From positions 16,058,001 to 16,122,000 of the forward strand of contig NC_043006.1 of the NCBI RefSeq assembly GCF_006345805.1: a stretch of DNA of 64,000 bases, read 5' to 3'. Numbering within the stretch: the first letter of the stretch is position 1; each line of letters starts with the position of its first letter. Shown piece after piece: positions 11,824 to 25,672 of the stretch. The position numbers and the translations under genes were made by a program. The notes under the pieces were generated by a model that ran no database searches, was not told the DNA's origin, and saw nothing but the letters and a program-made list of their open reading frames with translations. The stretch is from Octopus sinensis. Its lineage: Eukaryota.

Positions 11824-11911
11824 AAGACAGACTGACTGACTGACTGAGTCATTTATTCATTCATATGTATGTATGTAGGTAGGTAGGTAGGTAGGTAGGT
11901 AGGTAGGTAAG

Positions 11912-12000
<89 letters not shown>
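11730..12000. repeat. (GATA)n/(GACT)n/(GGTA)n compound microsatellite
   Basis: Direct inspection. Confidence 0.97.
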
Positions 12001-12003
<3 letters not shown>

Positions 12004-12759
12004 GTCTATCGTGTCTCCATCAACCTCTCTATCAATCTGTACACTCGCACACACCTACACTTACGCACACATCAAGTCTAGGTGAAGAGACAATTGGTAA
12101 ATTTGCTTAATTTCTAGGTATTCTGTACTTGATACAGAATATGTCCATGACAAACACTATACCAAATATACACTAAACTTTGATTATTACAATATAGATG
12201 TTTTACAACATTAATGTAATTAATTAAGCAATTTAAATCAGTTATTTGCTTTCCCCTGGCTTCACTTTTGATCGATCAATCGTCAAAATATTTACTCCTT
12301 TCTCTATCTAAAACTTCTATAACCAAATGTCCCAAGTTAGTTTTCTCTCTCAGGTGTGTGTTAAAATTATTTAAATTTTATGGTAACTACTGAGCTTATT
12401 TAAATTATACAACCCTCAACTATTCAAAGATCAAGCATTTTCTCTGTTATCTTCGTAGATTTTGAATACACCTGAAATGTGAATTTATGCACGTATCGAG
12501 TAAAAAGGTTTTCCTTTTCGTAGGATTAGGCTTCAGGAAGGGGCTATACCCGTGACATTTGTAAATCCCCATAGATTGGTGTGACTGATGCGGTTAAGGT
12601 TCGTCGTAAAACGGAATGAGACGATTAGGCGAGGATGTTTGGGCGCATTCAAATAGTCTTAGAAACAGTACGTTTTTGCACTGGGTGCTAGCACACATAT
12701 ACGCGCAAATAAATGTATATGCTGATACAGAGAGAGTGAGAGATAGAAAAGGAGATATA

Positions 12760-13170
12760 GGCGTAGGAGTGGCTGTGTGGTAAGTAGCTTGCTTACCAAC
12801 CACATGGTTCCGGGCTCAGTCCCACTGCGTGGCACCTTGAGCAAGTGTCTTCTACTATAGCCTCGGGCCGACCAAAGCCTTGTGAGTGGATTTGGTAGAC
12901 AGAAACTGAAAGAAGCCCATCGTAAATATGTAGATATATATATGGGTGTGTGTGTATTTTTGTGTGACTGTGTTTGTTCCCCCAACATCGCTTGACAACC
13001 GATGCTGGTGTGCTTACGTCCCCGTTACTTAGCAGTTCGGAAAAAGAGACCGATAGAATAAGTACTAAGCTTACAAAGAATAAGTCCTGGGGTCGATTTG
13101 CTCGACTAAAGACGGTGCTCCAGCATGGCCACAGTCAAATTACTGAAACAAATAAAAGAGATAAAGAGAT
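12760..13170 (+). mobile_element. SINE family B, full-length
   Basis: Matches family B over the full length. Confidence 0.95.
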
Positions 13171-13427
13171 AGAGACATTACACATACATAAAAGTATAAC
13201 TAGATGCTCACACACATAAACAGAGAGAGGGGGAGGACGAACGAAACATTAAGGTGTTTGATATCAAATAAGGCAGCGTCGAATCAACGCCGCCAGAGAG
13301 GCTGCACCAAAATAGTTGTGCCACTATGTCTCACGCATTCATTCATTCACCATTCGGTTCTTATTGTGTCTTGTGGCACTTGAGGCGACAGCAAGATCAT
13401 TCCACCTTCTAACACTGAGAGCGTTAG

Positions 13428-13776
<349 letters not shown>

Positions 13777-14308
13777 GTTTCAGATTTTGACACAAGGGCA
13801 ACCATTATTTGTAGGGGAGGGGAAAAGCTTGTTCCATTGTTAACCTTCTGCTTTCAAAATCTTTTGTTATTGTTCTGCGTCACATTTGCTTTGGTTGGCC
13901 ACAGCTTCTTTTACCCTGTGAAATCCATCGCGAAATCCTATACCTTCATATAATTATACTAATCGATGCTAACAGGGAAACCATGTGCAACGATGGAATT
14001 TAAAGGTGGGGGGTCGACGTTCTGGAAAGGAAGAACTAGTTGCAACGGTTAATGCAGTGGGGAACTTTTAGGTTAACACAAAATGGGTAACGAGATGAGT
14101 CGGAAGTGCCTTAGTGGCAGCGGAACGAATCTACCTAGATCCTAGCAGGTAAAAGACACAGTAGTAACAGTAGAAAAGGCAGATAGAAAAGAAAGCGTTT
14201 CTGTAAGCTAAAAGTTGGAAATATTTGGTGCACCACTTTAGCTAATCAGTTGAGTGGGGATTTTTTCGGTGAGCTCTATGTCTGAGTGCGTATTTTTATG
14301 TGTGTGTG

Positions 14309-14341
<33 letters not shown>

Positions 14342-14370
14342 ATGTGTGTGTGCGCGTGTGTGCGCGTGTG

Positions 14371-14424
<54 letters not shown>

Positions 14425-14431
14425 CGTGTGT

Positions 14432-14659
14432 GGCGAGCTGGCAGAAACGTTAGCACGCCGGGCGAAATGCGTAGCCGTATTTCGTCTGCCGTTACGTTCT
14501 GAGTTCAAATTCTGCCGAGGTCGACTTTGCCTTTCATCCTTTCGGAGTCGATAAATTAAGTACCAGTTACTCACTGGGGTCGATATCATCGACTTACTCC
14601 ATTTGTCTGTCTTTGTTTGTCCTCTCTGTGTTTAGCCCCTTGTGGGTAGTAATGAAATA
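14432..14659 (+). mobile_element. SINE family A, tail type a, directly after (TG)n
   Basis: Matches the family A consensus. Confidence 0.95.
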
Positions 14660-15908
14660 GGTATGTGTAGCAGCCACACCGTTACCATTGCGGATATATA
14701 GACAACAAAAGGAAATAATATATTATGAGCCTATCTAAATATTGTATAAACAGATATAAAATTAGGAATAGGAGGGCATTATTACTGATGAAGAACACCT
14801 GAAATACCAGTGTATAGACTAGTGGTGTTGCCTGCATAAATGTAAGAAAGCAGTACTTTTTATTTAAAAAACAGCCGTGAACGAGGTCCGAATGTTCAAT
14901 TTGTAGCCTGTTACACTTATGCGCCTTTGGTTTATTTTATGACATTTCATGCTCTGGCTCAATATCAGCCAGGAGTCGCTCCGTTATAGAGACATGAAAT
15001 TTGTAAGAAAATGACAAATGGATAAATAAATATATCCGAAAATTTGCAATTCATTTCTAAATGTGTAACTACAGAGAAGACTTCCATCTATTTATTTCCA
15101 GTCTCTTGACACTGCTGTCTACAATTATAACATAAACTTCAATATGTAAAGACAGACAAGATTCTATCAATGCTGGCTTTTTTTTCTAGATGACATTTGA
15201 CGTATTATATTCATTCTTCCTCGGCGGAGGAGAGTTTATCTCGACACTATGAACCACCAGTCTCCTTGTTAATTCCTATATAATTTGACGTATTCCCAAT
15301 GCGATCCTTTGTTTTTACGTGACACTATTGTCGACAATGGATATAGGAGGAGTTCAATTCCTGGAGAAAAAAAGACAATATCAATGATCAGACACTTTAA
15401 CAATGATAAACGCACGCCTCTCCAGCCGATTGGACTCCTCGTGACCATCGCCACTCATCTCTAGTTATGAAGGAACACATGGAAGAGTATAGCTCTTAAT
15501 TTTTTAAACTTGTTATAAATTTGCGAATTTGCTATATTCTGATTGGTTAAAAATATTAACCGTCTATCTTTTCCATTGTTTTTTATAGCAAATTATAGCT
15601 TATCAAAATTTGACTGTCGGGCATTATGTATTAGTGAGGTATGGTTAACAATATGAATATTAACTCTTTATTTGTAGTATGTACCAGTTCCAGACGACTA
15701 CTACTACTACTATTTTTTCTCCTTCCTCTTACAACTGCTACTATAGATCTTTCCGAAGAATATTGATTTTAAAGATTTAAAAGTCTTACTTTGGCTCAAT
15801 TACGAACTAACAGATGATATTAAATCGATGGATGAAAGACATAAAGCAGTTAGATGTGTGCAGTTGCTCCGTGTGAATGTGTCAAAAATAACTGGCAGAA
15901 ATATAATA

Positions 15909-16049
15909 TAAGGTTGTCCCAAAAGTTCGTAGAAAGTCTTGGAAAATAATGGTCTTTATTTTGAGAAATAATTTTTGTTGTTTTTGTTAGTACTTGGCGA
16001 GTAAAAATTCAATTTTCGCAAGTGTTTACGAACTTTTGGGACAACCTAA
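15909..16049. mobile_element. Mariner-type MITE
   Basis: TIR T(A/T)AGGTTGTCCCAAAAGTTCGTA / TACGAACTTTTGGGACAACCTAA, TA flanks. Confidence 0.85.
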
Positions 16050-16394
16050 TATTAACAATTAGATATAAGTTTACGTCGCCAAGTTTTACAAAGTCATTTA
16101 CATACCTGTGTTGTTTTGGTCTGTGAACAAAGGTAAGAGTAAAAGTAATAAGAATGTAAGGTAACAATAGTGAAGGGAAGGAAGGTTACAACAGGAAATG
16201 AAGTTTCTAGAATAGGTACCATGCCTGGAACTTGGGAGAAGGAGTTAGTCGATACCATAAGCTCCAATATTTGACTGGTAAACCAGGAGAAATGACAGGC
16301 AGAGTTAACCTCAATGGGACTTGAACTCAGAACGTAAAGCGCTGGAAGAAATGACATTGTGTATTCAATGCGACATGTTAACGATTCTTCCAAT

Positions 16395-16565
16395 CCAAGG
16401 GAAAGGAAGACAAGTGGTGTACAAAACAAACAGATGTATTAGTATAACGCTCAGGAATAGAAAAAGTCTTTAACGTTTCGAGCCTACGCTCTTCTACAGA
16501 AAGGAACACAGAAATAACAAGGAGAGAAACAAGGAGAGAAAAAATGTGTGTAGTGGCTAACGATC
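16395..16565 (-). mobile_element. Short element with an ultra-minimal hammerhead-like motif (related to 42948-43425)
   Basis: Shares the GAAGAGC-loop-GCTCGAAAC architecture; abuts a TA/TACA tract. Confidence 0.6.
16468..16503 (-). ncRNA. Ultra-minimal hammerhead-like motif (A6>U variant)
   Basis: CUUU-CUGUAGA-A-GAGC(guag)GCUC-GAAA-CG-UU-AAAG. Confidence 0.5.
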
Positions 16566-16609
16566 TATCATACGTACATACATATATATATATGTATATG
16601 TATATATAC

Positions 16610-16665
<56 letters not shown>

Positions 16666-17046
16666 ATTTATATGTATGTATGCATATGTATGTATGTATG
16701 TATGTATGTTTGTATGTATGTATGTATGTATGTATGTATGTATGTATGTATGTATGTATTTATTTGAAGCAGAATAAAAACGAAGAGGAATATCAGAATG
16801 GAAGAGGACGATGAGAAGACCAAGAACAGTTGATTACGTGAAATAATTCTTGCTTTTCATTGCTACAATGAAAAATGTAGAATAGATTCATTTGACACAA
16901 CATAACCTCATCAGGATGCTTTCAGTATTTTTTAGGCTTAAACCAACGTCGTAGTCATAAATTTAGTTTGAGTTTACTTGTACAATATGTACAATCTGAA
17001 GTAGATCGAAGCGAAAAGAAATGCACTATCGAGATATTCCTAACAG

Positions 17047-17450
17047 ACGCAGGAGTGGCTGTGTGGTAAGTAGCTTGCTAACCAACCACATGGTTCCGGG
17101 TTCAGTCCCACTGCGTGGCATCTTGGGCAAGTGTCTTCTGCTATAGCCCCGGGCCGACCAATGCCTTGTGAGTGGATTTGGTAGACGGAAACTGAAAGAA
17201 GCCCGTCGTATATATGTATGTATATATATATGTATGTGTGTGTGTTTGTGTGTCTGTGTTTGTTCCCCCTAGCATTGCTTGATAACCGATGTTGGTGTAT
17301 TTACGTCCCCGTCACCTAGCGGTTCGACAAAAAGAGACCGATAGAATAAGTACTGGGCTTACAAAGAATAAGTCCCGGGGTCGATTTGCTCGATTAAAGG
17401 CGGTGCTCCAGCACGGCCGCAGTCAAATGACTGAAACAAGTAAAGAGAGA
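17047..17450 (+). mobile_element. SINE family B, full-length
   Basis: Matches family B. Confidence 0.96.
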
Positions 17451-17551
17451 GACGTTCATGCGGTTCAAGCTCTTCCGTTAATAAATTTTTGTGTAAATTT
17501 GTTAGCGTAAATGTATTTGTAAATCTCTAGATACATCAGTTCGGAGTTCAT

Positions 17552-17885
17552 TCTAAAGACTAAAGACTCCGCCGGTTACGACGACGAGGGTCCCAGCTGA
17601 TACGATCAACGGAACAGCTTGCTCGTGAAATTAACGTGCAAATGGCTGAGCATTCCACAGACACGTGTACCCTTAACGTAGTTCTCGGGGATAATCAGCG
17701 TGACACAGAGAGTGACAAGGCTGACCCTTTGAAATACAAGTACAACTCATTTTTGCCAGCTGAGTGGACTGGAGCAACGTGAAATAAAGTGTCTTGCTCA
17801 AGGACACAACGCGTCGCCGGGAATCGAACTCACAACCTTACGATCATGAGCCGAATGCCCTAACCACTAAGCCACGCGCCCTCAC
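17552..17885 (-). mobile_element. SINE family D (different tRNA head, GTGTCCTTGAGCAAGACACTT CORE/Meta-like body, same 3' tail as family C)
   Basis: 11-bp TSD TCGGAGTTCAT (17541-17551 / 17886-17896); 3' ~170 nt aligns to family C. Confidence 0.92.
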
Positions 17886-18549
17886 TCGGAGTTCATAGAG
17901 CATAAATGTACCAACAACGTGTAAATCTATTGAATCTGCCTATAAGATATGTTATTTATTGGCCAAAGAAATCACGTGAAACAATGTTGGATAAAGAAGA
18001 TAAAAGAGATACACTAAACTATACAAAAATATATGTAACTAATTTTTTTTTTTCAATATTCATGAATCGCGTAACTTTTAAGGAAGTAGAAATATACAAG
18101 TTTCTCGTATATTTTCTGAAGGATTTTGTTAACCGTTACAAGTTGATTTCAATGGAGAACTGTCAGCTTGCAGTTTAGCTTTCTCAAGAACGAGAGCATA
18201 TGTAAAATATTTATAGGAAAGGGAAATTGAAATTCTTGCAATTCGCGCTGTAAATAGATACAGTCTATCTTTACCAGAAGAGAGAAGCGAGGCAGCTATC
18301 AAATTAGTGTCCGAAGGCATCCATATTATAACTTTTGGACAAGACCTAAAATAAATGATGCATTGTTTAAGATTTCCGGTTCATAACTATCCATCATTGT
18401 TTATTCCTATAGCCCTAACTATAATCTAATTCCCACATAAATTCTCGACTTTTTTTTTTCTTTTTGCTGATACGACAGCGGACATTTTACAAAGGCCCAA
18501 ATTAATGCTTCCTTCAAACTACCATTATCATTAGTATTATTACTATTAA

Positions 18550-18784
18550 AGGCATCGAGCATGCAGAATCGTTAGCATGCTGGACGAAATGCTTAGCGGT
18601 ATTTCGCTGATCGCAACGTTCTGAGTTCAAATTCAACCGAGGTCGACTTTGCCTTTCATCCTTTCGGAGCCGATATATTAAGCACCATTGAAACACTGGG
18701 GTCGATGTAAACGACTTTTCCCCTCACCCACAAAAAAATGACTGCCCTTGTGGCAAAATCTGAAACCATTAGTATTATTATTGC

Positions 18785-18844
<60 letters not shown>

Positions 18845-19465
18845 CATTATTATTATTATTTTAAAAAAGCAGCGATCAGCCAGAATCGTTGGCACGTTGG
18901 GCGAAATGCTTAGCGGTATTTCGTCTGCGTTACGTTGTGAGTTCAAATTCCGCCGAGGTCGACTTTGCCTTTCATCCTTTCGGGGTCGATAAATTAAGTA
19001 CCAGTTACACATTGGGGTCGATGTAATCGACTTAATACCTATGTCTGTCCTTGTTTGTCCCCTCTGTGTTTAGCCCTTGTGGGTAATAAAGAAATAGGTA
19101 TTTCGCCCACAGCTAAGTTCTGAGTTCAAATTTCACCGAGGTCGATTTTGCCTTTCATCCTTTCGGGTTCGATAAATTTAAGTACCAGTGATCCACTGAT
19201 CCCCTCCGCCAAAATTTCAGGCTTTGTGCCTATAGAACAAAAGATTATTAAAAAAGCAGCGAGCTAGCAGAATCCTCAGCACCCACGACGAAATACTTAG
19301 CGATATTTCGCCGGTAGCTACGAGCTAAGTTCAAATTCCGCCAAAGTATACTTCGTCTTTCATCCTTTTGGGGCTGATAAATTAGGTACCAGTGAAACAC
19401 TGGAGTCGATGTAATCGATTAGCCTCCTCCCCGCAAATTTCAGGCCTGTACCTATAATACCAAGG

Positions 19466-19522
<57 letters not shown>

Positions 19523-19990
19523 TTTATTATCATCATCATCATCATCATCATCATTATTATTACTATTATTAAAAAAGCTGCGAGCTAGCTGAATCGTTAT
19601 CACGCCGGGCGATATACTTCGTGGCATTTCGTTTGTATGCACGTTTTGAGTTCAGATTCCTCCTGCCTTTCATCCTTTTGGGGTCGATGAAATAGGTATC
19701 AGTTAAACACTGGGTTCGATGTAATTGACTAGTAACTTCCCCCAAAGTTTCAGGCCGTGTGCCTATATTAGAAAGGATTATTATTAATACTACTAAAGCG
19801 GTGAGCTTACAGAATCGTTAGCACGCCAGACAAAATCCTTAGCGGCATTTCTCCTGTCATTCCGTGCTGAGTTCAAATTCCGCTAAGGGCATCTTTGCCT
19901 TTCATATTTTCAGTGAGCACTGAGGTCGATATAAGCGACTCTCTCCTCCTACAAATTTCAGCCCATGCACCTATAGTAAAGAGGATTATT
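18550..19990 (+). mobile_element. Head-to-tail array of six SINE family A copies separated by (ATT)n
   Basis: Units at about 18550-18770, 18866-19097, 19098-19250, 19255-19468, 19575-19782 and 19796-19990; tail types b, a and c. Confidence 0.92.
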
Positions 19991-20019
19991 TTCATTATTA
20001 TATAACTTCAATATTTGGT

Positions 20020-21085
20020 ATTAATGAAGGACTCTAGTTCTTTGTTCGCATCCAGTTTTCAAAAGCTGCTGAATATCTAAGTAACGATATTGCCCAAGTA
20101 TTTACACCCTTCACTAGATTCAGGCCATTTAACTTTGACTTCATTAAGTTTCTCATCCTTCTAATGTACTCCTCAATTTTCTCTTTCATCTCTATAGTTA
20201 TTTCTCAGTCAGATTCTGATATTCCTAGATACTTATAGCTTTCTCCTTCTTTTGATTTTTATGTGTGGCAATCTGGTAACTGAATGCTTTCATTGCCAGC
20301 TACCTGTCTCTTTTTATTTGGCGCTTATCTAAGTCAAATTCCATTCCTCTTACTGAAGAGTCTTATAGTTTGTATTCAAGAATCTACTTATTTTTATTCC
20401 TAAGAAGCTTCAAATCATCCATGAAGAGCAAATGGTTAATTTTTTCCTTTGCTCTTTCTAAACTGATAGCCTACCTTTGTTGTTCATACTACTACACTGG
20501 GCAGTATTAAGCATAGCACGAATATTAAAACGGATAACCAGTCTCCCAGGAAAATTCTTCTCTTGATATTAACTTTCCCTAAGGCTGTATCGCTCCAGTA
20601 AAAATCTACTTTCCTTTTCTTCATGCTATAGCTAACGAAATCACTTGTGTTGTCTGCAATACTGAATATACTTAAACATTCACTTATCTATGAGTTTGGA
20701 ATCATGTCATATGCTTTCTTATAATCTAACCATGACATCATTGTATCTATCTTCCTAAATTTCACCTCATTTAGAACTGCTTTGTCTAATAGATTATGCC
20801 TTCCTTTAGATCTTCTCCAACCTTTCTGTTCTTCAGCAAATAAATTCTGGTTGTCAATGCACTCATAAATGCTTTCTGAGAGCATTCCTGCTAACAGCTT
20901 CTACACTAATGGTAATTGATCGGTCTATAATTCCTTGCTACATTGCCTTTGCCTAGCTGGATTGTCTTTTGTCTTTCATAAGGAGTTTTGTACTCCCTCT
21001 CGTCATCCAATTAGATATGACTCCTTTATTCAGGCAATCCTGAAATTTTTCCATCAGTCTCCCATGTAAGCTACTAAATTCCTTT
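20020..21085 (-). mobile_element. Decayed R4/Dong-clade non-LTR retrotransposon RT fragment
   Basis: Motifs EEQKG.RR, WLDYKKAYDMIP, KINHLLFMDDLKL, ESYKYLGI and YSAAF in disrupted frames. Confidence 0.85.
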
Positions 21086-21508
21086 AAGTAGTATCCTTGA
21101 ACTAAATCTAGTGTTGGGCCCTTGCAATTCGATAATGGAAGGGCCTTTCCAATTCTTGTTGTGGCTGATACTATGATTATGATGCTGATGATGATGATGA
21201 AAGAGGGGAGAAGGAAGAGGAAGATATAAATTATTCATTATTTTGTTAACGCTGCTATTATCCTCTGGTTTTGCTGTTGTGATTAGTGCCCTTGACAACA
21301 CTATACTCATCACCGGTGACGGGTACTTGGTTGGATGCTCGTAGTAAGCATTCTGATAAGGTATATAGTTCACTGGCGACTTTTAATAAGAGCGGAACGT
21401 ATCGGCATTTGTTTATGGTACTACCTACATCAAACTCAATTCCAACTGCATTTCCCACCTACGTTTTTAAAATTAGATTTAATTAATTTTAACTTGGGAC
21501 ATATCTAT

Positions 21509-22028
21509 ATTACATAGAAAAATGCGAGCATGAAAAGTAATATTCTTAATATCATAAACTTGGAAAAGTACAGGACAAGTTATTACACCTGTAAAAATAT
21601 AGGACAAACTATTATTTCAAGTAAAGTAAAGAATAAGAAGCTTTTTATTTAAAATATTGCAGCAAAAAATGTCAGTTCTAATTTATCACTCTTGACAGTT
21701 CTCATCTTTTAAATTTATTGTAAAAAAAAACTGTTCAGCTAATTTGTAAGTTTGTCTAATTAGTCACTTTTTCACTATTTAAGATAGTAAATTAGTCAAA
21801 TTCTACTTAAATAAGTGTAGTGTCATTTGTAAACTCTAATAAAATATTTTTAATAAATAAAATTTTAATTTTAGCTGCAATATTTTAAGTAAAAAGTTTC
21901 TTATTCTTTACTTTACTTGAAATAATAGTTTGTCCTATACTTTTACAGGTGTAATAACTTGTCCTGTACTTTTTCAGGTTTATAATCTTAAGAATATTAC
22001 TTTTCATGCTCGCATTTTTCCATGTAAT
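21509..22028. mobile_element. MITE with ~160-bp terminal inverted repeats
   Basis: 21509-~21668 is the reverse complement of ~21868-22028 (ATTACAT.GAAAAATGCGAGCATGAAAAGTAATATTCTT...). Confidence 0.9.
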
Positions 22029-22454
22029 CCATGATTTTTCCAGGCATTGCTGTTATAAGATAATTAATAATGTGTCAATTAATAATTTAGGATTTTACCT
22101 TATAAAATACTAGGTAGGGGGATACATTGGCAGTTATTTTTTGCGTGTCGAGCGACCAGGTAGAGGCTCTTTCATTCGTTTGATTGGTTGATGAGATTTT
22201 CTTTTATACATACATGTATATATATATATATCATCGGCAGAAGTTAGAGAGATAAGTCAAAAGCTGAGAGTTCCGTGTATTGGTACTTATCAAACACGAA
22301 TTTGTCCATTGTCACTCTGTAACTTGTGACGAAATATCTTCTAAAATATAACATTTTGTCGGAAACGTTAAGAGTAAAGCCTTTTGTATGTGACACATTG
22401 TACCAGTATCGGGCGTTTCAAAGTGTTTAGTTTAATTAAATAATCTGTACGTCA

Positions 22455-22745
22455 AAATGATTAGATCCGAAAGGGATAAAAAGCAAATCGACCTCTGCGG
22501 AATATGAACTCAAAAATGTAAACACAGGCAAAATACCACTAAGCGTTCCGCACTAACGTTTCTTATTTCTTTACTGCCCACAAGGGGCTACACACAGAAG
22601 GGACAAACAAGGACAGACAAAGGGATTAAGTCGATTACATTGACCCCAGTGAGTAACTGGTACTTATTTAATCGACCCCGAAAGGATGAAAGGCAAAGTC
22701 GACCTCGGAGGAATTTGAACTCAGAACGTGCTGCCAGCTGGCCAC
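22455..22745 (-). mobile_element. SINE family A younger copy (22564-22745) joined to an older copy (22455-22563)
   Basis: Tail AAAGAAATA fused to AGAAACGTTAG of an older, diverged head. Confidence 0.85.
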
Positions 22746-24034
22746 CTTGAGACTTAAGCACTAATTTTAGCAATATATTCTTTATTATTCTTATTGCTAA
22801 ACGTTACTTTCTTACTCTCTTACTTACTGACACGAAATTTCGTGGTATTTCACCGTATAACTTTTCTTCTACTAATTTTTGTTCAGTGCGACTAACGACT
22901 CTGAATTCCTCATACATTTTTCAATCATTTAAGCCCAAGGAAAGTATACTTTTATTTTAAAATTAAAAAGCTTATGTTAATTGAAAGTGAATAGGTGCCT
23001 TAGTGCCCCCCTTGATGTGGCAGATATTTTGATGTAACTATTTGTCTACTGAACTAAATCTCAAACTATTTATATGCCAAAGTGTAGCTGAGGAGGTTTC
23101 CTCTTTAAAACTGTTAACATTTTGCAATTTAGTTGAAAACTGAATTAGTGGTGAAGCTTGGAAGTTGCTGCGATTGACGAAATGGTGGACTTAAGAATAT
23201 ATTCAACCACTACCGTGGTTGAATGATATCTCTCAAACATTTTTAATTTTGGTTTTACAATAATTAATAAATATACTAAAGATTCTTTCTCTTCACCATA
23301 AATGTAATTTTAATTAGTTATACTATTTTCGTTCGCTACAATGGATACTTAAGCCATCAAAATTACAGAGCCGTTAGATGGTCGCATTGGGTCACAGTAT
23401 TCGTTTTGGCTGTCTAAGCTCTGACTTCTAGTACCCCTGGGATCAATTTTGTCTTTCGAGGGTCGAAAAATAAAGTACCAGCACTAAAATAGATTTTCTT
23501 CCCTCTACCTCTCTCTCTCTCCCTTTCTCCCTCTCTCTAATGGGAATTAATCTATAAACAAACCGAAGGTACGCATAATTTATATTCAACTATATTCCAT
23601 CCTTATCCGAAATGTACAGAATGATTTTTAATTTTCAGTGAGTGCCGTACAAGAGAAAATAATGTAATTAGTCCGTATTTTTATTGCTTATTTGATCCCA
23701 ATTATGCTTCTAAACTCTCCACATCTTATTAGCTGATGTCAGTAAGTCTAAGCATAATATATGTTACTCATAAATATTAAACCAAACCTAATACACTACT
23801 GATAATGAATACTAGTGTATACTATTCACTACGATTAAACATACAGTACACGCGCCAACGGGGGAGATTCTATGTGGTCGCTCGAATTGCTAGAAATAAT
23901 AGCAAAGTCTCACTCAAATCTCACTGTAGTGTCTTGGAAGAAAAATACTTGTAGGACAGTGTAATCCAAGATAACATCTGTTATATATGATAGCTTCCCA
24001 CCGTCTCCACCACCGTCGTCTATTCCAGTTTGTC

Positions 24035-24540
24035 ACGCTGGGTGAAATGCTTAGCGGCATTTTGTCTGTATACTCTTTTACTCTTTTACTTGTTTCAGTC
24101 ATTTGACTGCGGCCATGCTGGAGCACCGCCTTTAGTCGAGCAACTCGACCCCGGCACTTATTCTTTTGTAAGCCCAGTACTTATTCTATCGGTCTCTTTT
24201 GCCGAACCGCTAAGTAACGGGGACATAAACACTAGGGGACAAACACAGTAACACAAACACACACACGCATATATATATACATATATACGACAGGCTTCTT
24301 TCAGTTTCCGTCTACCAAGTCCACTCACAAGGTTTTGGTCGGCCCGAGGCTATAGTAGAAGACACTTGCCCAAGGTGCCACGCAGTGGGACTGAACCCGG
24401 AACCATGTGGTTGGTAAACAAGCTACTTACCACACAGCCACTCCTGCGCCTGTATGTACGTTTTGAGTTCAGATTCCTCCTGTCTTTCATCTTTTTGGGG
24501 TCAATGAAATAGGTATCAGTTAAACACTGGGTTCGATGGG
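24035..24540 (+). mobile_element. Old SINE family A split by a minus-strand family B insertion (24072-24450)
   Basis: A head 24035-24071, A body 24452-24540; CTGTAT on both sides of the B copy. Confidence 0.88.
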
Positions 24541-25477
24541 ATCTTTTCACTTTGACCGACAGATTTAAAAGATAATTTTATAGTCCCTAGATGCTTTGCG
24601 TCCAGTAAACTATGCGTTCCTTTTCCAATAAATGCGTCTCTGTTTCCTTCTCTGCACTCTGTCTAGATCACAAAATAAGGATCTTTTCTTTTTGAAGGCC
24701 AGATTTTTCTAGTTAACTAAACAATTTGAAACTTCGTATACTGGTAGAATGTGTCAAAAGAAAACATTATTGTAAACAAAATTGAAAACAAAATTGTAAT
24801 TTGTAACTTAAACGTAGTTTAATTTTTACGAATTTTAACCAATGAAATCCCAACGTCTTCGAATTTTAACCAATGAAATCCCAACATTGCTGCGTTATCG
24901 ATATTGATAAAGAAATATAGCAGACGCACGACACACACGACACACAGACACACACACGCACATTTGCACAAGCACATAGTAATTAATATATAAGCGTACA
25001 CACACATACGCACACAAGCAAAAATACACGTTCGTGTTTTGCCACTTGCCGCAACAAATTTGCACAGAAGGGGGAGGGGGTCAACGTTTCATCGTTTCGG
25101 GGTCGATAAATTAAGTACCAATTACGCACTGGTGTCGAGGATTTTTTTCCCAATTTATATCACAGCTTCCGACAAGCTGGGGGTATCCTTTTAGGAAAAA
25201 ATATTTTGCAAATTTTTACAATACCACTAACACTCCACGCGCAAACTCGAGACCGATTTAGGCATATTATTGTTTTGTTTTTGTTGTTTCTGGCCCTTCA
25301 AAACCATGGGAGAAGCCTTTTCGGTAAAAAAAAATAAAGAAAATATTCAAAAAATATCGTTAATATTTTTATTGGGCGACGAAATTAATCGATTTAAGAG
25401 ATATAGCTGTTATTTCTTGCACATGTAGAAGACAGAAGAAGAGGTAAATAATTTTAGCTCGAATGCTGCGATTTCAT

Positions 25478-25672
25478 TGGTTAGCACGCCGGGCGAACTG
25501 CTTAGTGGTATTTCGTCTGTCTTAATGTTCGGAGTTCAAATTCTGCTGAGGTCTACTTTGGCGTTCGTCCTTTCGGTATCGATAAATTAAGTACCAGTTG
25601 CGTACTGGGGTCGATCTAATCGACTGACCCCCTCCCCAAAAAATTTCGGGTCTTCTGCCTAGATTAGAAAAG
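25478..25672 (+). mobile_element. SINE family A, tail type c
   Basis: Core matches; tail CCCTCCCCAAAAAATTTCGGGTCTTCTGCCTAGATTAGAAAAG. Confidence 0.88.

Noticed and set aside
14770-14830. CUGAUGA-AG(aacac)CU-GAAA hammerhead-like string
   Set aside because: Stem I cannot form beyond 2-3 bp
18550-19990. CRISPR-like or satellite array
   Set aside because: Units are ~210-bp SINEs of different ages separated by (ATT)n in a eukaryotic genome
21240-21480. Several overlapping 60-100 aa ORFs
   Set aside because: No recognisable domain in any frame
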